NCBI GenBank assembly: GCA_904063045.1
Contig: CAJFCJ010000002.1
Coordinates: 868,001 to 932,000 of the forward strand
DNA length: 64,000 nucleotides
From: Dimorphilus gyrociliatus
Taxonomy: Eukaryota; Animalia; Annelida
Direction of reading: 5' to 3'
The notes under the pieces: model-generated
What the model saw: the letters and a program-made list of their open reading frames with translations, nothing else
What the model was told of the DNA's origin: nothing
Databases searched by the model: none
Shown here: piece by piece, positions 1-15,000 of the stretch
Numbering within the stretch: the first letter of the stretch is position 1
Layout of the letters: each line of letters starts with the position of its first letter
Program-made: the position numbers and the translations under genes

Positions 1-3000
1 CTTATCGACGGCTTCTTCTAAAGTCAAACGATTATGAGATATAGGATCAAGAACGCATATTGAAGAACGATCGACTATTCCTTTTTCAATAGCATCTAAC
101 AGAGAATAAACTTCTCCTGTTTTCTTATCGCGTACTACTCCCTCTTTCGGATCATAAAGTCCCTGTTGTAAAAGCTGGTCGATTGTTGGCGGAGAAGTCT
201 CAGAAATTTCCTTTTCTTTATCAGATACATTTATGGCGAGAAGAATTCCTTGTTCCAACGCTTCCGATAACCTAAGATACCTACCGCTGGCTTTATCTAA
301 AACTAATTCTGAAACTGGATCATAATAGCTGTTTTTTGATGCCTCTTTTAGAGAACAAACTTCCCCTGACTGAGGATCTTTATACAACAGCTGACCCTTA
401 TTTAGGTTACAGTTTTCATACAATTGAAGAGCTTCAGATACAGGTAAAACGCTCACTCTCTCACTCACTCCTAGTTCACTTTTTACAACAACATCTACAA
501 CACTTACCTGTTCATTATTCGAGCCTATAGATTGAATATCTCCAATTGTTTCCTCCCCTTCTAATGCATCTCGATAGAAAGAGCTATCATCTGTATCTGC
601 TGCAAGACTGCTGCCAATAGCAGTCACAGCTTCACCAGTAGTCGAAGTTGAAGGTATAGTTTCAGTTCTCGTTACTAAAAGCACCGTGATAAGTAAAACT
701 ATGCATTTTAATATGCACTTTAATTGGTGGAAACTTACTATAGTTATCGTTTACTTCAGGATCAAATGATAAATCTGACTTTTTATCCTCGCTAGATGTA
801 GATCGTTTGTGATCCTTTTCTGGTCCTATAGCGTCGCTGATAGCTGACTTATAATCAGATCTGCTATCAGATCCACCCGATAAGGGAGCTTCGTAAATAG
901 AACTAGAATCCGACTCTTTTAGATGTAAATCGCCACAATCGGGATCATTAATGTGACTACTACGATCTTCTACCTTCGCAGGAAAGATAGATGAAGCGAT
1001 AGCAGCTCCCTTAGTTGGGCTCTCTGGCGATTTTTTAGTTTCGCTTTCATTTCGAATATTCTGAATTGTTTCACTATAGTCTTCTACAGACTTTACAGTT
1101 TCTGTTGTAGAAGTTGAAGTTAAAACGAAATGAGGCTGATCAGGAATAATTAAGCCTGCAGAGATGGCAATATCTAATGGTATAGCCTTTCCAGTTGCAG
1201 GATCTAACCATATTTTCTTTTCTGTATCTACAAGTCCACTTTTAATAGCAGCACTTAGCAACATTGGTGTTGACGATGATTCCAAAATATGATCTGTCTT
1301 TGAGCTGCTCACTTTCGGAAGTTCATGTCTCTTTACACTTTCATCTGTACTTTGTACAGTTACAGTTTGCTTAGTTTCTATCGTTAGCTGAGGCTCGTTG
1401 AACTCATTGCCAAATTTATTCCCAGATTCTGTTATTAATAGATTTAACTCAGCTGCTTTGGATAGATCTATATCCCCAAGTTGGGGATGATGAAAGGTAC
1501 CAGTTGCAGGGTCTATAAGTCCTCTTTGATTACCTTCTTCTAGGGATATTATTTCATTAGTATTGGGATCAATTATTTTTTCAATAGCCTCTATTCTGTT
1601 TTGATCTTTGAAGGGTTGTAATCTAACAGGTCTCCTTATAAATCCTTCATCATAGGCTTGTTTTATGCTTTGTATCTCACCAGTTTTTGTGTTACAAAAA
1701 GTTTGTTTATCTAGATCCAGTATTTTGCGATTTAAAGCTTCTTGAATAGACAACATTTCATTATCTGCTACATCGTAGACGACACTTATCTCAATTGGTT
1801 CTTCTTGAATATGTGCTTCAACCGTTACATAGGTTGCCTCATCTCTCGGTAAATCGTCGTAATCTCCATCGTCTGTTTCCTCTTCAGCTTTTATATAACC
1901 TCTTTCTATTGCCTCCAAAATAGACATTTGCTCTCCAGTATAAGTATTCATATATCTACCAGCAATTCTATTAGTAATACCTCGTCTTTCTGCTTCTTCG
2001 GCATCATACCATTTGTCATCGTAATTAGGATCTCGAACTCTTTTAATTCGATAAACTTTAGCTGTTGGCTTATGACAAATAAATATTCCAGTTTTGTCTG
2101 CTCTCTTAGTTACTTCTTCCGTTCTGATAAGACCTAAATTTTCAGCTTCAGCAAGAGGAATTTCTTCATTAGTATTTGGGTCTATATATACTAATCGATT
2201 TCTGTCAAATATTTTATGTCTGATGGCATCAAATATAGGTATTTCTTCTCCTGTTTTGGAATCTATAACTGATTTTATTCTATGAGAAATTTCTGATCGC
2301 ACCCCAGGTGTCATCATTCCCTCATCAGCATTTATAAGCTTTTTGTTAATTGCTTCCTCTATAGTCATTTTTTGTCCTGTCTTGGTATTAAAGAAATATT
2401 TTAAATTTCCATCTAATATACCACGTTCTAATGCTTCAGCTACTGTTAAATTACACCCTGTATCTGCATCTTTCACGGCTTTAATTGTAAAAGACTTTTC
2501 TTTGGGCAATGGTATTACTTTTACAACTTCTTCGTCATTACCTGTGTCTAGAATCAATAACCCTCTATCGACAGCGTCGGAGAAAGTCAGCCTTTCCCCT
2601 GTCGAAGGGTCTTGAAAAGAATTATTCTGCAAATCAAGTAGTCCTCTTGAGATAGCTTCTTCGGGGTCTATTGATCTTCCTGTTGTAGGATCAATAACAC
2701 TTCCAATATTATAGGAGAATTTTGTATGAGAGTCTAATGTTTCAACTTTTTCAAGCTTCTCCAAACCAAGAACACCCGATAATTGCTCACCTTTGCGCTC
2801 TTCTGGAGGACCAACAATGACGAGACCTCTATCAATTGCGTGATGTAGTGCTAACTTTTCTCCCGTAATTGGATTTATATACAAAGATGAGGAGCGATCA
2901 AAAACTCCAATCTCCATTGCTTCTCTTATAGTTAATTCTTCTCCAGTCTTTGGATGCTTAAAGGCTTTAAGCTGAACAAAATCTGATGCATTGGAATCTT

Positions 3001-6000
3001 TTATTTCTACTTGTCTCTTTGTTTCCCGAATGAACAAAGCGGATGACGTTTTAACGAGATTTAAACTAGCCGCTTCTTCAATAGTTTTTCTTTTCCCATT
3101 AGGATAGCAATAATCTCCAGTAACCTTATTAATTATTCCTTTTTGCACGGCCTCTTCAACGGATATCTCCGACTTTGAGACAGGATCGACGACAGAAATA
3201 ACATTGACAGATCTCCCGTCAGCATTCAAGGTAAATTTTACATGGCCGCTTTTTGTAACAAGTTCTTTACTGGCATTTCGATCTATTACTTGACCTTCAA
3301 TATAATGGTGTTCGAAAGCTTTAAACAAAGTTTGAGATTCTCCCGTTGATGTGTTTATGAAGCAATCTGCGTTTACGTTAATAATTTCTTGTTCTAGAGC
3401 AGAAGAAAGGGATATGTGTTCATGTGTAACAGGATGTTCAATATAATCCACATTGACAACAATTGTTTCTTTAATTTTTGATGTGATTATATCTGGATGG
3501 ATAACAACCCTTAAGGCAATGATGAAATTATCATCCAGAGCTTGTTTCAGTGGTATTAACCGCTTTTGTTTCGTTCTATAATGACCTGTGTCCGTTAATA
3601 AATTTCTTTCCATTGCTTCAAGCAAATTTACAGTTGTTTGAGAGATATTGTCGAAAATTTCAGCTGATCTTGCATCAATAAATCCTTTGACAACAGCTTC
3701 TCTCAAAGAGACACTATAGTTGAGAGTTTCGTCTGTAAACAGTCCCGTAGAAGCGTCAAACCGCCCACTGCTTATTGCATCTGCAAGAGGAAGAGCTGTG
3801 GTAGGTATCTCAGCCTCACCCATTTTTTCAATCGTTATGTTTGTTATCTTCAGAGTCTTCTCGTCTAATAACCTAGGTGGATGTTCAATATTTGGCGTCA
3901 TTAGCCTGTATGTGTCTTCCTGAATGGAGGGATTAACGCAAATTGGAGATTTTTCTGCGACTTCCACAGTTGATTCTTTGGGAAGTATATATCCCAAAGC
4001 AACTGCATGTTTTAGAGGTATCTTTATAGAAGTAGTTGGATTTTTGTACATTCCGCTATTTGTATCTATTAAACCATGTTTTACGGCCTCGGTAAATGGA
4101 ATAGTATTTCGCTGTTCAAGATCTGGAATGAGGGCCTCGAAAATCATATCAGTTAAAGCAAGCCATTTTCCATCCGCTCTGTTTAGTACCAAACCTTGCT
4201 GAGGATTCAAAATACCTTTCCTAATGGCTTCATTAATTGTTACAGTAACCCCTGTGGAAGGATCAACTATAATAGATTTTTCAGGACAAATAACCCTTTG
4301 GAGAATTGCATCTTGTATATTAAGTAATTCTTCGCTTTCAGGATGTATAATGTACGAAGGAGCTTTGATCAGTCCCCTTGCTACTATTTCATTTAATGAT
4401 ATCGGTAAGGATATGCCTTTATCGACACTCATAGGTTTTTGATCGACCATCAGATGCTGTTTTTCAGAAATAGTTGTTTTTTCAATAACTTTCTTTAATA
4501 CAGAAGTCTTTTCTGGTTTAGTAGTAGTTTGAATATCAGGAATTGACTGTACTGTCTCTAGATTTTCAAACGGTTTTTCCTGTGAAGGTTCCCACATATG
4601 CCAGGATATTTTGTTATCTTCAGTTTGTTTATCATCTGTACTCCACTCTTCTTTCTGTAATGCTTTTCTATCTTTTAACGAGACAGCAGCCTTATCATAT
4701 TTTACTGCATGTTTCCAATTTTTCTCCAAAGATGAATGGTCTAAAACAGCAGCTCCTGGAACAAGAATCAACTCTCTTTTTGCTGCGTCATTTAAATAAT
4801 ATTTTCTCTTTTTCTTAATATCAATATAACTTTTTCGATCTATTATTCCTTGCGTTTTACCGTCAATTATTGAATGTCGAAAATTGGTTACAGGATGAAT
4901 GACTAGAGGAAAACTTTTCGAAATTTTATCTTGATCGAAAGCTTCCGAAACCGAACAACTAGTCCCAGTTTCTCCGAAAATTAAAGTCTCCTTTTTATCA
5001 TAGGCATCCTGGATTAACCCTGAAGAAAACGTTTCTGAGAATGACAAAATCATTTTTCCTGATTCCGGATCATGCAAATTTCCCGATTTCGAATTTAAAA
5101 GACCTGTTCTTATTGCTTCATCTAAGTAGACTTTTTTATTATTTAATGGATTAATCACAATGGCACTTTTGCCTTCGATAACATTTTTGGAAACTGCTCT
5201 ACCCAAAGAAAGCATTTCACTCGTTCTAGGATGAACAAACGTACCCGAATCCAAAGATAACAGTCTAACAAGAACAGCATCAATAAAATTCAACGGTAAA
5301 AGTTCATCTTCCAGGAAAGCTGGGTGTATAAGCCAACCCAATTTTTTAACTTTGTTCTCATTTACTCTTCCTGTTTTAGAGCTAATAATCCCACTTTCTA
5401 TAGCAAGCAGTAAAGATTTTTTCTCTTGACTTCTAAGATCAGTAATAGCTGTTTCGTTAGGACTTATGAATCCTCCGTGTACAGCCTCTTGAAGAGTTAT
5501 AATATTTCCAGTAGTAATATCTCTATACTGACCTCTTTTAGGGTCATATATGCCCAATTTCGAAGCATCTTCATATGACAAAGCATGGCGATTACTCATA
5601 GGAATTTCTTGGGTCGTCTCTAGTTCAAATACATCTGGTCGTACAACTTTGGACGATTTTATGGTCATAACAACGGAGTCTTCTTGTTCGACAGGCAATG
5701 ATTTTTTTTCGTTATCGACAGTATTAACAAAACCCAAACTTATTGCCTCATCAATTGGTATCCTAATATCGGTTTCTGGATTATAGTAATACCGGTTATC
5801 TCCAGATAAGAATCCAAGTTTATTGGCTTGTTTTGGGCTAATATTCGATTTTGAAATTGGGTCATAGACATTTGCAATAGTTTCGCCAGTTCCGGGAATT
5901 TTTGAAGCCACAACGGCACTCCTAAAAATTTCTTGCTCATCCGTACGAACGACACTGCCTGTTTGGATGAGATTATCTGATATTGCCCTTTCCAGAGATA

Positions 6001-9000
6001 TTTCTGTCATATTTTTAGAATCTACGAATGTTCCTTTCGCTTCGTTGACTATTCCTAATTCAATAGCGTCTTCTAATGAAATGTTTTCTCCAGTTTGAGG
6101 GTTTGTGACGCTCTTGATTCTAAAAGTCTTCTTTTCTTCAGATATTCTTTCTTGAGCCATCTCTTCTAGGGCCTCAATTTCGTCATCAATATGAATACTC
6201 TCAATATCTTCTCTATTTGAAGATGGTTTTACAGGTGTTTCACACATTTCAACAAGACCAAGCTTTTCTGCTTCGTCTAAAGAGAGTACCTTTCGATTTT
6301 TAAGGTCTTTATATTCTCCAGTTGTGGTATCAATAAGGCCTCTATTAACAGCTTCTTGGGCCGAAATCACTTCACCAGTTCTAGAATCTGTAACAGAGTT
6401 CATTGTATACATTGTTTTCTTGGCTGTAGTTATACCAGTTGTCGATGCCTCCAATGTATCAGCTTTCTTCCTATCTACCTTTACATCTGCTTGAATTAAC
6501 CCTTCTGTAACGGCTTCATCAACTGGAATTCTCTCATGAGTTGTTGGATCAACGTATACCGCATGAGTTTGGTCAATTAATCCCGATTTAACCGCATTAG
6601 CTACTGATACAAATTCGCCAGACTGTGGATCAAAAACAGACTTCAAAGTTAAGGTTTTTGTCTCTTTTTCGGCTGACTTCTGTATATTTTTATTCGCTGT
6701 AGATCCCTCACAGAGAACAAGTTTTTTATCAATAGCCAAAGCTAAAGGTATTCTATGCTCTCTCCCTAAAGAATCAAACTCTACATATTCTTTTGAAACT
6801 TTATCAATAATTCCGTTTTTAATAGCCGTATTAATATCAACTACTTCACCAGTGGCAGGATCAATAGCTGCAGATATACTAAACTGTTTCGTTTCTTTTA
6901 TGGCAGTTGATGTGTAATAATCTCCATCTTCATCAGCATTTGCACTTTTCAATAAACCTCTTTCAAAAGCTTTCGCGATTAACATAACTTCTCCGGTCAG
7001 TGGATTTTTGTAAATACCATCTTGTAAATTCAAAATCCCTTTCCTGATTGCATTTTCAGTATCTATTTCTAATCCAGTGATTGGATCAGTGACACTCTTC
7101 ACAACCATCCTCTTACTTTCAGAAATATCCGCTTTTGATGGTTTTAATATTATAATTTCTTTTTCTAGGGAACGCTGCAAAGTTAAACTATTTTGAGAAT
7201 ATGAATCAAAGTATTTTCCCGTTTCGTCAATCATGTTTTTATCAATTGCCTCAATCAAATTATATTGTTGTCTAGAGTGAGGTTCAACAAACATTGCAGA
7301 ATTCACTTCGAGTAATTTATTTTTTAAAGCGTATTCCAAAGTGCAAGGCTTTCTCGTAATGGGGTCAACAAATTTTCCCGTTGTCGTATTGAGTAATCCT
7401 TGCGAAATAGCATCAGCCATATCGAGGGATTCGAAGTCGTCACCTTCGTTCTTTGAGGATGACACCATTTTAATTTCTCTTTTTTCAGCTGTGTGAGTAC
7501 GAGTAGATAAATTGTCTTTTTTGATAGTTTCTGTTGTTAGCTGCTCTTTTGAAATAATTTTTCCATAAGCATCTGGGCGACTTTCTTCCATTTCAACGTC
7601 GACCTGACTTTGTTCATATTCCATGTCATAGGACTTGGATTGTGACAGTACTCTAACTTCAGATACACTTGTGTCGTGAGACACGATAGGAGAGATAACT
7701 TTAAGTAAATTTTCTAAATTATTGACGTTTATTAAGTCGGCTGACACAGCTTCCTGTAAAGAGTATTCACGCCCTGTTTGAGCTACAATAACATGGCCTC
7801 TGGACGGTTCAAAAAAGCCGCGGTGTAGTGCATCTAGTAGAGTCATGTTCTTTCCATCCGGTAAACAGAGTCCTGAGTCTGAATTTAAAATTTTCATCAT
7901 CTTTTCAGAAATATATTTCCTTTTATATGCATCTTGAAGACTCAATTGTTTTCTTGATCTTTTATCAATAAATAACGATTGTTTGGGATCAAATATTTTG
8001 CTTCTTATAGCAATAGGTAAAGATACAAAAGAGCTTCTTTCTGTATCTTTAAAACCTTTAATTGCAAATAGTGTAGATTGTTCAATAACTTGTATTAATT
8101 GAAGATTGATAGCATCTTCAACAGTAATTCTCTCTTTTGAAAAAGGATTAATAAAATAACCAGATGGTGATATTAAACCATTTTCTCTAGCTTCGTTGAG
8201 TGATAACAATTCTTTATTTCGCATGTCCCTCAAGCATTTTTTGTTAGTATCAATCATATTCATTTCTATTGCCTTTGTTATCGATAAACTTTGATCACTT
8301 AATTTATTGCTTGGAATTAAAATTTCTTGAAGCGTCGTCTTGAGTCGCAATAAACCACGTTCCAATGCTGATACCAGAGTTAATGTTTTCCGGGATTTAA
8401 AGTCTGTTAATTTACCAGTCGATGGGTCTAAAATCTTTTTTTCGATAGCTTCTCTTACGTTTATAAGAGTATTATTTTCAGTATTGAGAACTTCAACACT
8501 ATTTTCATCTATGAATCCTCGAGATATCGCCATACCTAAATCAAGCTGTTCATCAGATATTGGATCAATGAATTTTCCAGTTTTTTCTATAAAAAAACCA
8601 TTTTCTACTGCTTCCTTGAGAGATAATTTACAGTGATTAGCATTTTCAGCAGACAATTTTGCATCAAATCTTTGAGTCACTTTAATTCTGAGAGGAGTTT
8701 TGGCAAATTTTTTAACAGCCGCTCCACCAACAAAATTTCTTTCCTGTGCTTCTTCTAACGATATGTAAACATTTTGAAACCGATCCTTTATATTTCCAGT
8801 TCTATAATCAATCAAATCTGATTGCAATACCTCCTTGACTGAGAGCTCAAACCCTGTTTTCGGATCATAAACACCCGATTGAGACTTTAAATTTTGAGCA
8901 GTATTTTTGGTTATTATGCCTTGGTTGATAGCATTCTCAAAAGATAATCGTTTACCACTTTTTAAATCGACGAATTTGGCCAAGTTTTTGTCATATAAAC

Positions 9001-12000
9001 CACGTGAAATAGATTCACACAAAGAAATTTTATCACCGGTTAAAGGATCTTTTACAGACTCTGTAAATAGGATCTGGTCAGGGGGATAGATTATTTTGGA
9101 AAGAGTTTTCGTGACGATTTGACTTGTGGAAGACGTTGATAGAATATCGCCAGCTGGACTCATTGTTTCAATAGCTGCCTGATGTTTTTCAAAAGTCTTA
9201 CTTGGTGATGAATATTTAAGAGCAGACTTCAGTTCCTTCAGAGGTTGACCCCTGTGTGTTTCATGACTTAAACGAGAATCCAGAGACAACAGGTTTTCTT
9301 TGATTTCGTGCTGAAATTTAAATATTTTTATTAAGTAACAATATATGTACTGACAGTCTTACAGGAAAGAATTTGTTATGTTTTTCAAAAATGGTCCTGT
9401 AGTTCATCAATAGTTGGGCTAATCTTGTTCGTATTTTATCATATCCATTATTTGTTAATTCTAATTCTGTCCTAATATTATCAACACGAGGTCGCTTGCT
9501 AGAAGTTGCACCAAAACGTTGTTGGTCACTTCCAAGTGAATCCATATATCTTTCAATATTGGAATCATAGTCCTGTAAAAAATTTGGTATAAAAGTGCAT
9601 CAAGTGAAATGAATAAAAAAAAATACGTGATGACGCATTTTGAAACGTTAACAAAAAGATCCAGAAAAACTTACATTAACTTCCTGTAAAAATTTTTCCC
9701 CACTTTGATTCATCAATGAGAATGTAGTACTCAGTCCCTCGCTTTCAGACAGGAATCGCTAAAAATAATAATATTGAAATTACCTTAACAACAATACCAG
9801 ACGATTCAAAACTCACTGATACTTTGCCAGCTGCTCTTTCAGCCTCTGCCAAAGACATATTATATTGGAAGGGCATTGTAGCTACTTCCTTTTCAGTTTT
9901 TAGTAGCCAAGCTGACATTTCTTTATAGTTTTTTCGATATTCTCCGAGAAATATTAAAGCCTGTTCAACGTTATATTTTCGATCAAATTCTTCTTGCTGC
10001 AATCGGATAAGTCTTTTGGATAAAATGTCATTATCACTCTCAAAGATTTTTATATCTCCACGATTTCTTGCTTCTACACCAGATATTTGTTCTCTAAGGT
10101 TTAATATTTCTCTCGTATTTTGCTTTATCAATTGCCCGGCCGATTTAGACTTTGTCTTAATTTTCTGCAGTTTTTAAAATATATTAAAAAAATTTATAAA
10201 AAAAATAATAGTCTATTTACAGCAAAATTAATTATAACTTCTCTTAACACAGAAGAATCAGCAGGTAGTGTATCATACGCTGTGATTTCAGCTTCTCCTT
10301 CCGAGAGTATGAGATCACTTCGCTCCATACCTATTAAGATATTTTCCGCGACTTTCAATAACATAGCGTATGAATTACTTAATTTCCAAGCATTAGTCCA
10401 TTTATCTATAAGAAGGTTTTTCTGATTTTTTACTTCTTGTGTTCTATCTCTTTTAGGAAGTTGGTCAATGCTCGATTCTAAAGATTTAATACTTGATTCC
10501 AAATTTCTTAGCTCTCCTTCAGAGTTCTTTTAACAAAAACGTCTAATTAAATGATCATGAACAATTATATTATTAATATTGCTACCTTGTGATAAGCTAC
10601 ATGAGAATCAAGAATTTTACTGTCATTTGGTAGGGGTTGAGCTATTAATCGATTAAATAAACTCTCCTTTTCTTCTAATTGATTAAGTAAACTATTCAGT
10701 TTTTGCATCAATGTCTGATTTTGAAAGCTGGAAACAGCTGTTCCTTGTCGAGATACGGATCGCTCATATAACTCTCTACATTTTCTTTTTTCTTCTATGA
10801 GTTTCTTGACGTCCACATCATCAGCGCCATATTCAGCCACTATTTTTTCTATATCATTATTGAGGCCTTTCATAATATTTTTCCATTTTTCTCTAGTTGA
10901 AGGCTGTTGAAATTATTGAAATTACGAATGTAAATTACTGTGATTAGTTATTAAAGAATTAATTCACCTGATCCCAGTCTGAATTTCGAATAATTTCGAA
11001 GGACTTTAAAAGTGTATTTATTTTCAAATTTTTATTTTTTTCTCTAAATTCTTGACAAAGAAGATTAAATTTGCTGCGCACAGAACTCGAGTATTCAACA
11101 GAAAAAATATCCGGTGGAAGAATTTGAAAAATTACAGACGGAGCTTTGAACTCCTTTCCTGATTTTGATCGCAGTCGCCATTGAGTTGATGAAGCGTTAT
11201 CAACTAAATTATACTTTTGGTTAATATCTACTCTAACATGTTGCTTTTCATAGTTTAGCAAAGGTTTTACAGCAACGGGATCTATAATGTTTTCCTTTCT
11301 TGTTGACAATGGTATTATATTTTTGGAAGCATCAATCCAGTCATTCAATATACTTTCGTACGAAAAAATGGTTTCTCTAAGTCTCTGATAGGAAAAAATG
11401 TTTGTGAAAGAATTAAAATTTTGGTATTTAACAAGGATTACATCTAATTCCCTAAAGCGTTTGTTTCCATCGTCGCTTTTTAGGCTGGTTGAAGCTTGAA
11501 CACGTGACATATGTTTTTCAATCCAGTCCTCATGAGCCCGACCACTTTGCAAAAACTGTAAAAAATTAGTATTATTTAAAAATATTATATCAGTCGAAAT
11601 TTGTCCATATGTTTTTTATATACCTCGCGTTGATCAATCGCTGTTTGCAGGTGGTGTTTAGAACAATTAATTATTTGCAACAGCCAAGACCATTGATTAT
11701 GCAAAAGTTCCATGTATACCTATTAAAACCAATATTACTCACTATAAAAAAATGTATTTTTTATTTGATTCAAACCCCAATTTGTTCTAAAGCTGGGTGT
11801 TTTTGCTGACTTAGTGACTCTCCTTTCGCGTATATTTTTTTGAGTCTACGTTCCCTATCTTGTAGTTCTCTTGTCAAACTCTGAAACAAAACATGAGATA
11901 CTTCAAATGAGTCAAGTTTTAAGTAAGAATATATGACAATATTCATATACAAGGCCTTACATCAATATAGCGCTTTGGAACGCTAATATTTGACAAAACT

Positions 12001-15000
12001 GAGCTCCAATCACGAGTGAGCTCTTCCTCCTCTTTTTGATTTAGCCACGTTAATTCATTAGCGGCTTTTTCTACAAAAGCTAAAAGAGATTCCAAGTTGT
12101 TCAGTCGATTGGAAGACGAGGTCTGGGTCACAAAAAATGTTATACTAGAGATTTAAGAACAACGAATAACTTACACATAGTCGCCTATAAGATGAATCAA
12201 GCTGAGACAGTAGCATTTGATATTCGGCCATTTCTTGAGCAAGTACGGAATGCTAAGAATAAAAAGTTATAAATAGAAGTCATTATTTCTATCTGCTTAC
12301 TTTTCTAGCAAAGCATTGTTCAACTTTCATTCGTAAATCTCTAATTGAGTCTTGTAGCTGACGATGCTCATTCAAATCCCTTCGAATTTCTTCTACATTA
12401 GAACCGTATGACGACGTATCAATCGCCATCTGTTTCTCTTTCACGAGTTTTAAACAATGAGATATGAATTGGATGGCATCATCTCCTGTTGGTTGACTAA
12501 CTGATCCTGTTTGAGCTGCAGAAGCCATTTGATTTTGGCTTCTTCTTTGAGACAAAAATCTATTTGATCTAGTTCGAAGAGAATTCCATCTCAGATCTAT
12601 CCTATGAACTCTAGATTGTAAGTGTTCGGTGTCTTGAAACCTTTCACTTCTCAAGGTGTCCATATCTAATTTACACTGACTTAATCTTGCATCGATGTTT
12701 GAAAGATTTTGTTCGATTTCTTCCTCAATATTTTTTATATCTACAGTGGCATCTGATTTTTGGTATCGACTTTCTCCCTATATAATATGGAATATACAAT
12801 GAAAATTTTTACTTTTTAATTTAAAACTAGTTTTACTTGAAATATTTTCCTCTCTACACTTTCCAATAGCTGTTCACTAACTTGACATTCTCTTGATACT
12901 TTGTCGGCAAGATTTTGCAAGCGGTTGAGTCTTACATAAAAAAGAATATTAATTTCTAAAACGAGATAAATTTTTATTTACCGGTTGCAAGACGAGTCTA
13001 AAATTTGTTCTTTTTCTCTCTGAGAAGACATTAAGTGATTCCATAATCTATTTATATTTTCAGGGTGAACATTTTCTTCCACTGGAAATTGAGGAGTAGC
13101 ATCACTTGATAACTCCTATTGGAAAATAATTTACATTAAAAATATGTAATTATGAATTAAATAACATCAGATTGATAACATTATAAATTCAACTGCTTTA
13201 TGAATAAAATATGCCACAACAAGTTCAGTCATAAAGTTCACAAAAGATTGTTTGTAAAGAAGTCTTCGTATGAATTGAATACGAATGATGTATAGAGAAA
13301 TAATTTCAAATAACCCACACAATACAAATTGACGTTTATCCATTTTGGAATTCAAAGAATATGTGAAAATAATGATTAATCAATTTGTAAACTTGCAAAA
13401 CAATTGAATATTGTCAAAAGCATTTTTTGCAGATTAGATAACTTGAGTAAGACTTAAAAGTATAAAGAATAACCCGCTCAAGCAAAAAACTTCGAAACTA
13501 GTTTCTATTAAAGAATTTTTTTATAGCCATTATACAATTATAAATGTAATTCTTGAATGAAATTTTATAAATCTTCACAATTTCTATAGAAAGAATAATT
13601 TAATATTCACCAGAAATCCGAAGACTTTATAAATATTTTCCATATTGAACACAAAGGGTTCGTCGTCAGTCAAAAATAAATACTCATCGCAATTAATTAC
13701 CCAATCACCATTCATTCAACGTTTCTATTACCTTTACTTAGTGAAACTAGCATTGCTCATATCAGCAGGCTTAGTTCAATATGATTATAGGCTAATCATT
13801 TTCACAATATATACAAAGTATAAAATAAATAAATATATATATATATATATATAAATTTATATACTGTATATATAGACTGTATATGCTTTAATATTACTTT
13901 TTCAATTATTACTATTTTTTAGAGCACCTAACGGTATTCAATTTCATGAAAAAAACATAAGGGGCAAAAGCAACTCACCGAAATATAACATTGAAAGAGT
14001 ATCAAGACAACTATAAGGAGTATGAGAAATAGCATTAATAATTTTGCTGATATTGGTATGAAATCCACTGGCAAATAATCCGTACAAGACATGAGAAAAC
14101 AGTATAAACATTTCGTTATCCATGTTGCAAGGTAATAGAACATGATGAACGATTTAATCAAGAGGCTACTATTTGTAGTCTCCTTGCATATGATAAAACA
14201 ATGCGTACTAGATATGGATAGGCGATTTCTTTAAAAATAGAACCGACTATATTAATCCTACTAGCTGAAATAGGCCTTTCTGAATCGATATAAACATCCA
14301 CGTGTTGGTTATCAGCCGCTTTATTTTCTTTGCAATACCATTAGACTAGCTGGCTGCAAACTTTTGTGAAAATTCCAAAGACAAAATTCAACGGTTTGGC
14401 AAATGCGAAACACTAAGCATGAAATCAAATAACTTGTAACTCTCAATAAACTTTTAAAGCCAATGTAAACTTAACAATATAAGAAAAATGATTTCTTCGA
14501 TTATTCAATCTTGTTTTGTAAACCTAAAGAGCGCTACAAATGGCGCGCAAGCTCTAAGTTTCACCTTACGATAGGCCGAAAAATGCAAAGTAAGCGGCCT
14601 TCTAAGTCTAACCAGTCTTCCTTTAATATTGCCGTCGCACATTGTCACGTAGGCTCAAAATTACAAAGACTTTTTTGTTAATTAAAAACATTATCAGTTA
14701 GTCTCATATCAATCTTGTGTCAAACGACCTTCTTTTGACCATAATTCCACAAGAAATTCTCTAACAAAACTAATAAAAGAAGATTTATATTACCTGAAAC
14801 TCTTGAAATAGCTTTGAGAGCCGGTTGCGCTCTTGTAGTTTTGGCGGGATATCTTCTCTTACAAATCGATCTAATTCATTTTTTTCAGACTGATTTTGCG
14901 AAAGACTATCATAGAATAGTAAGATATATGAATTCTAATATTTACTCGTGCATCGATGCTCCGAGACATATAGTTAAGGCCATTAATAAAGTCTATCCCT

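Noticed and set aside
336-9089. Many short + strand ORFs over the spectraplakin exons
   Set aside because: Antisense shadows of a long coding exon, with no motifs or splice support.
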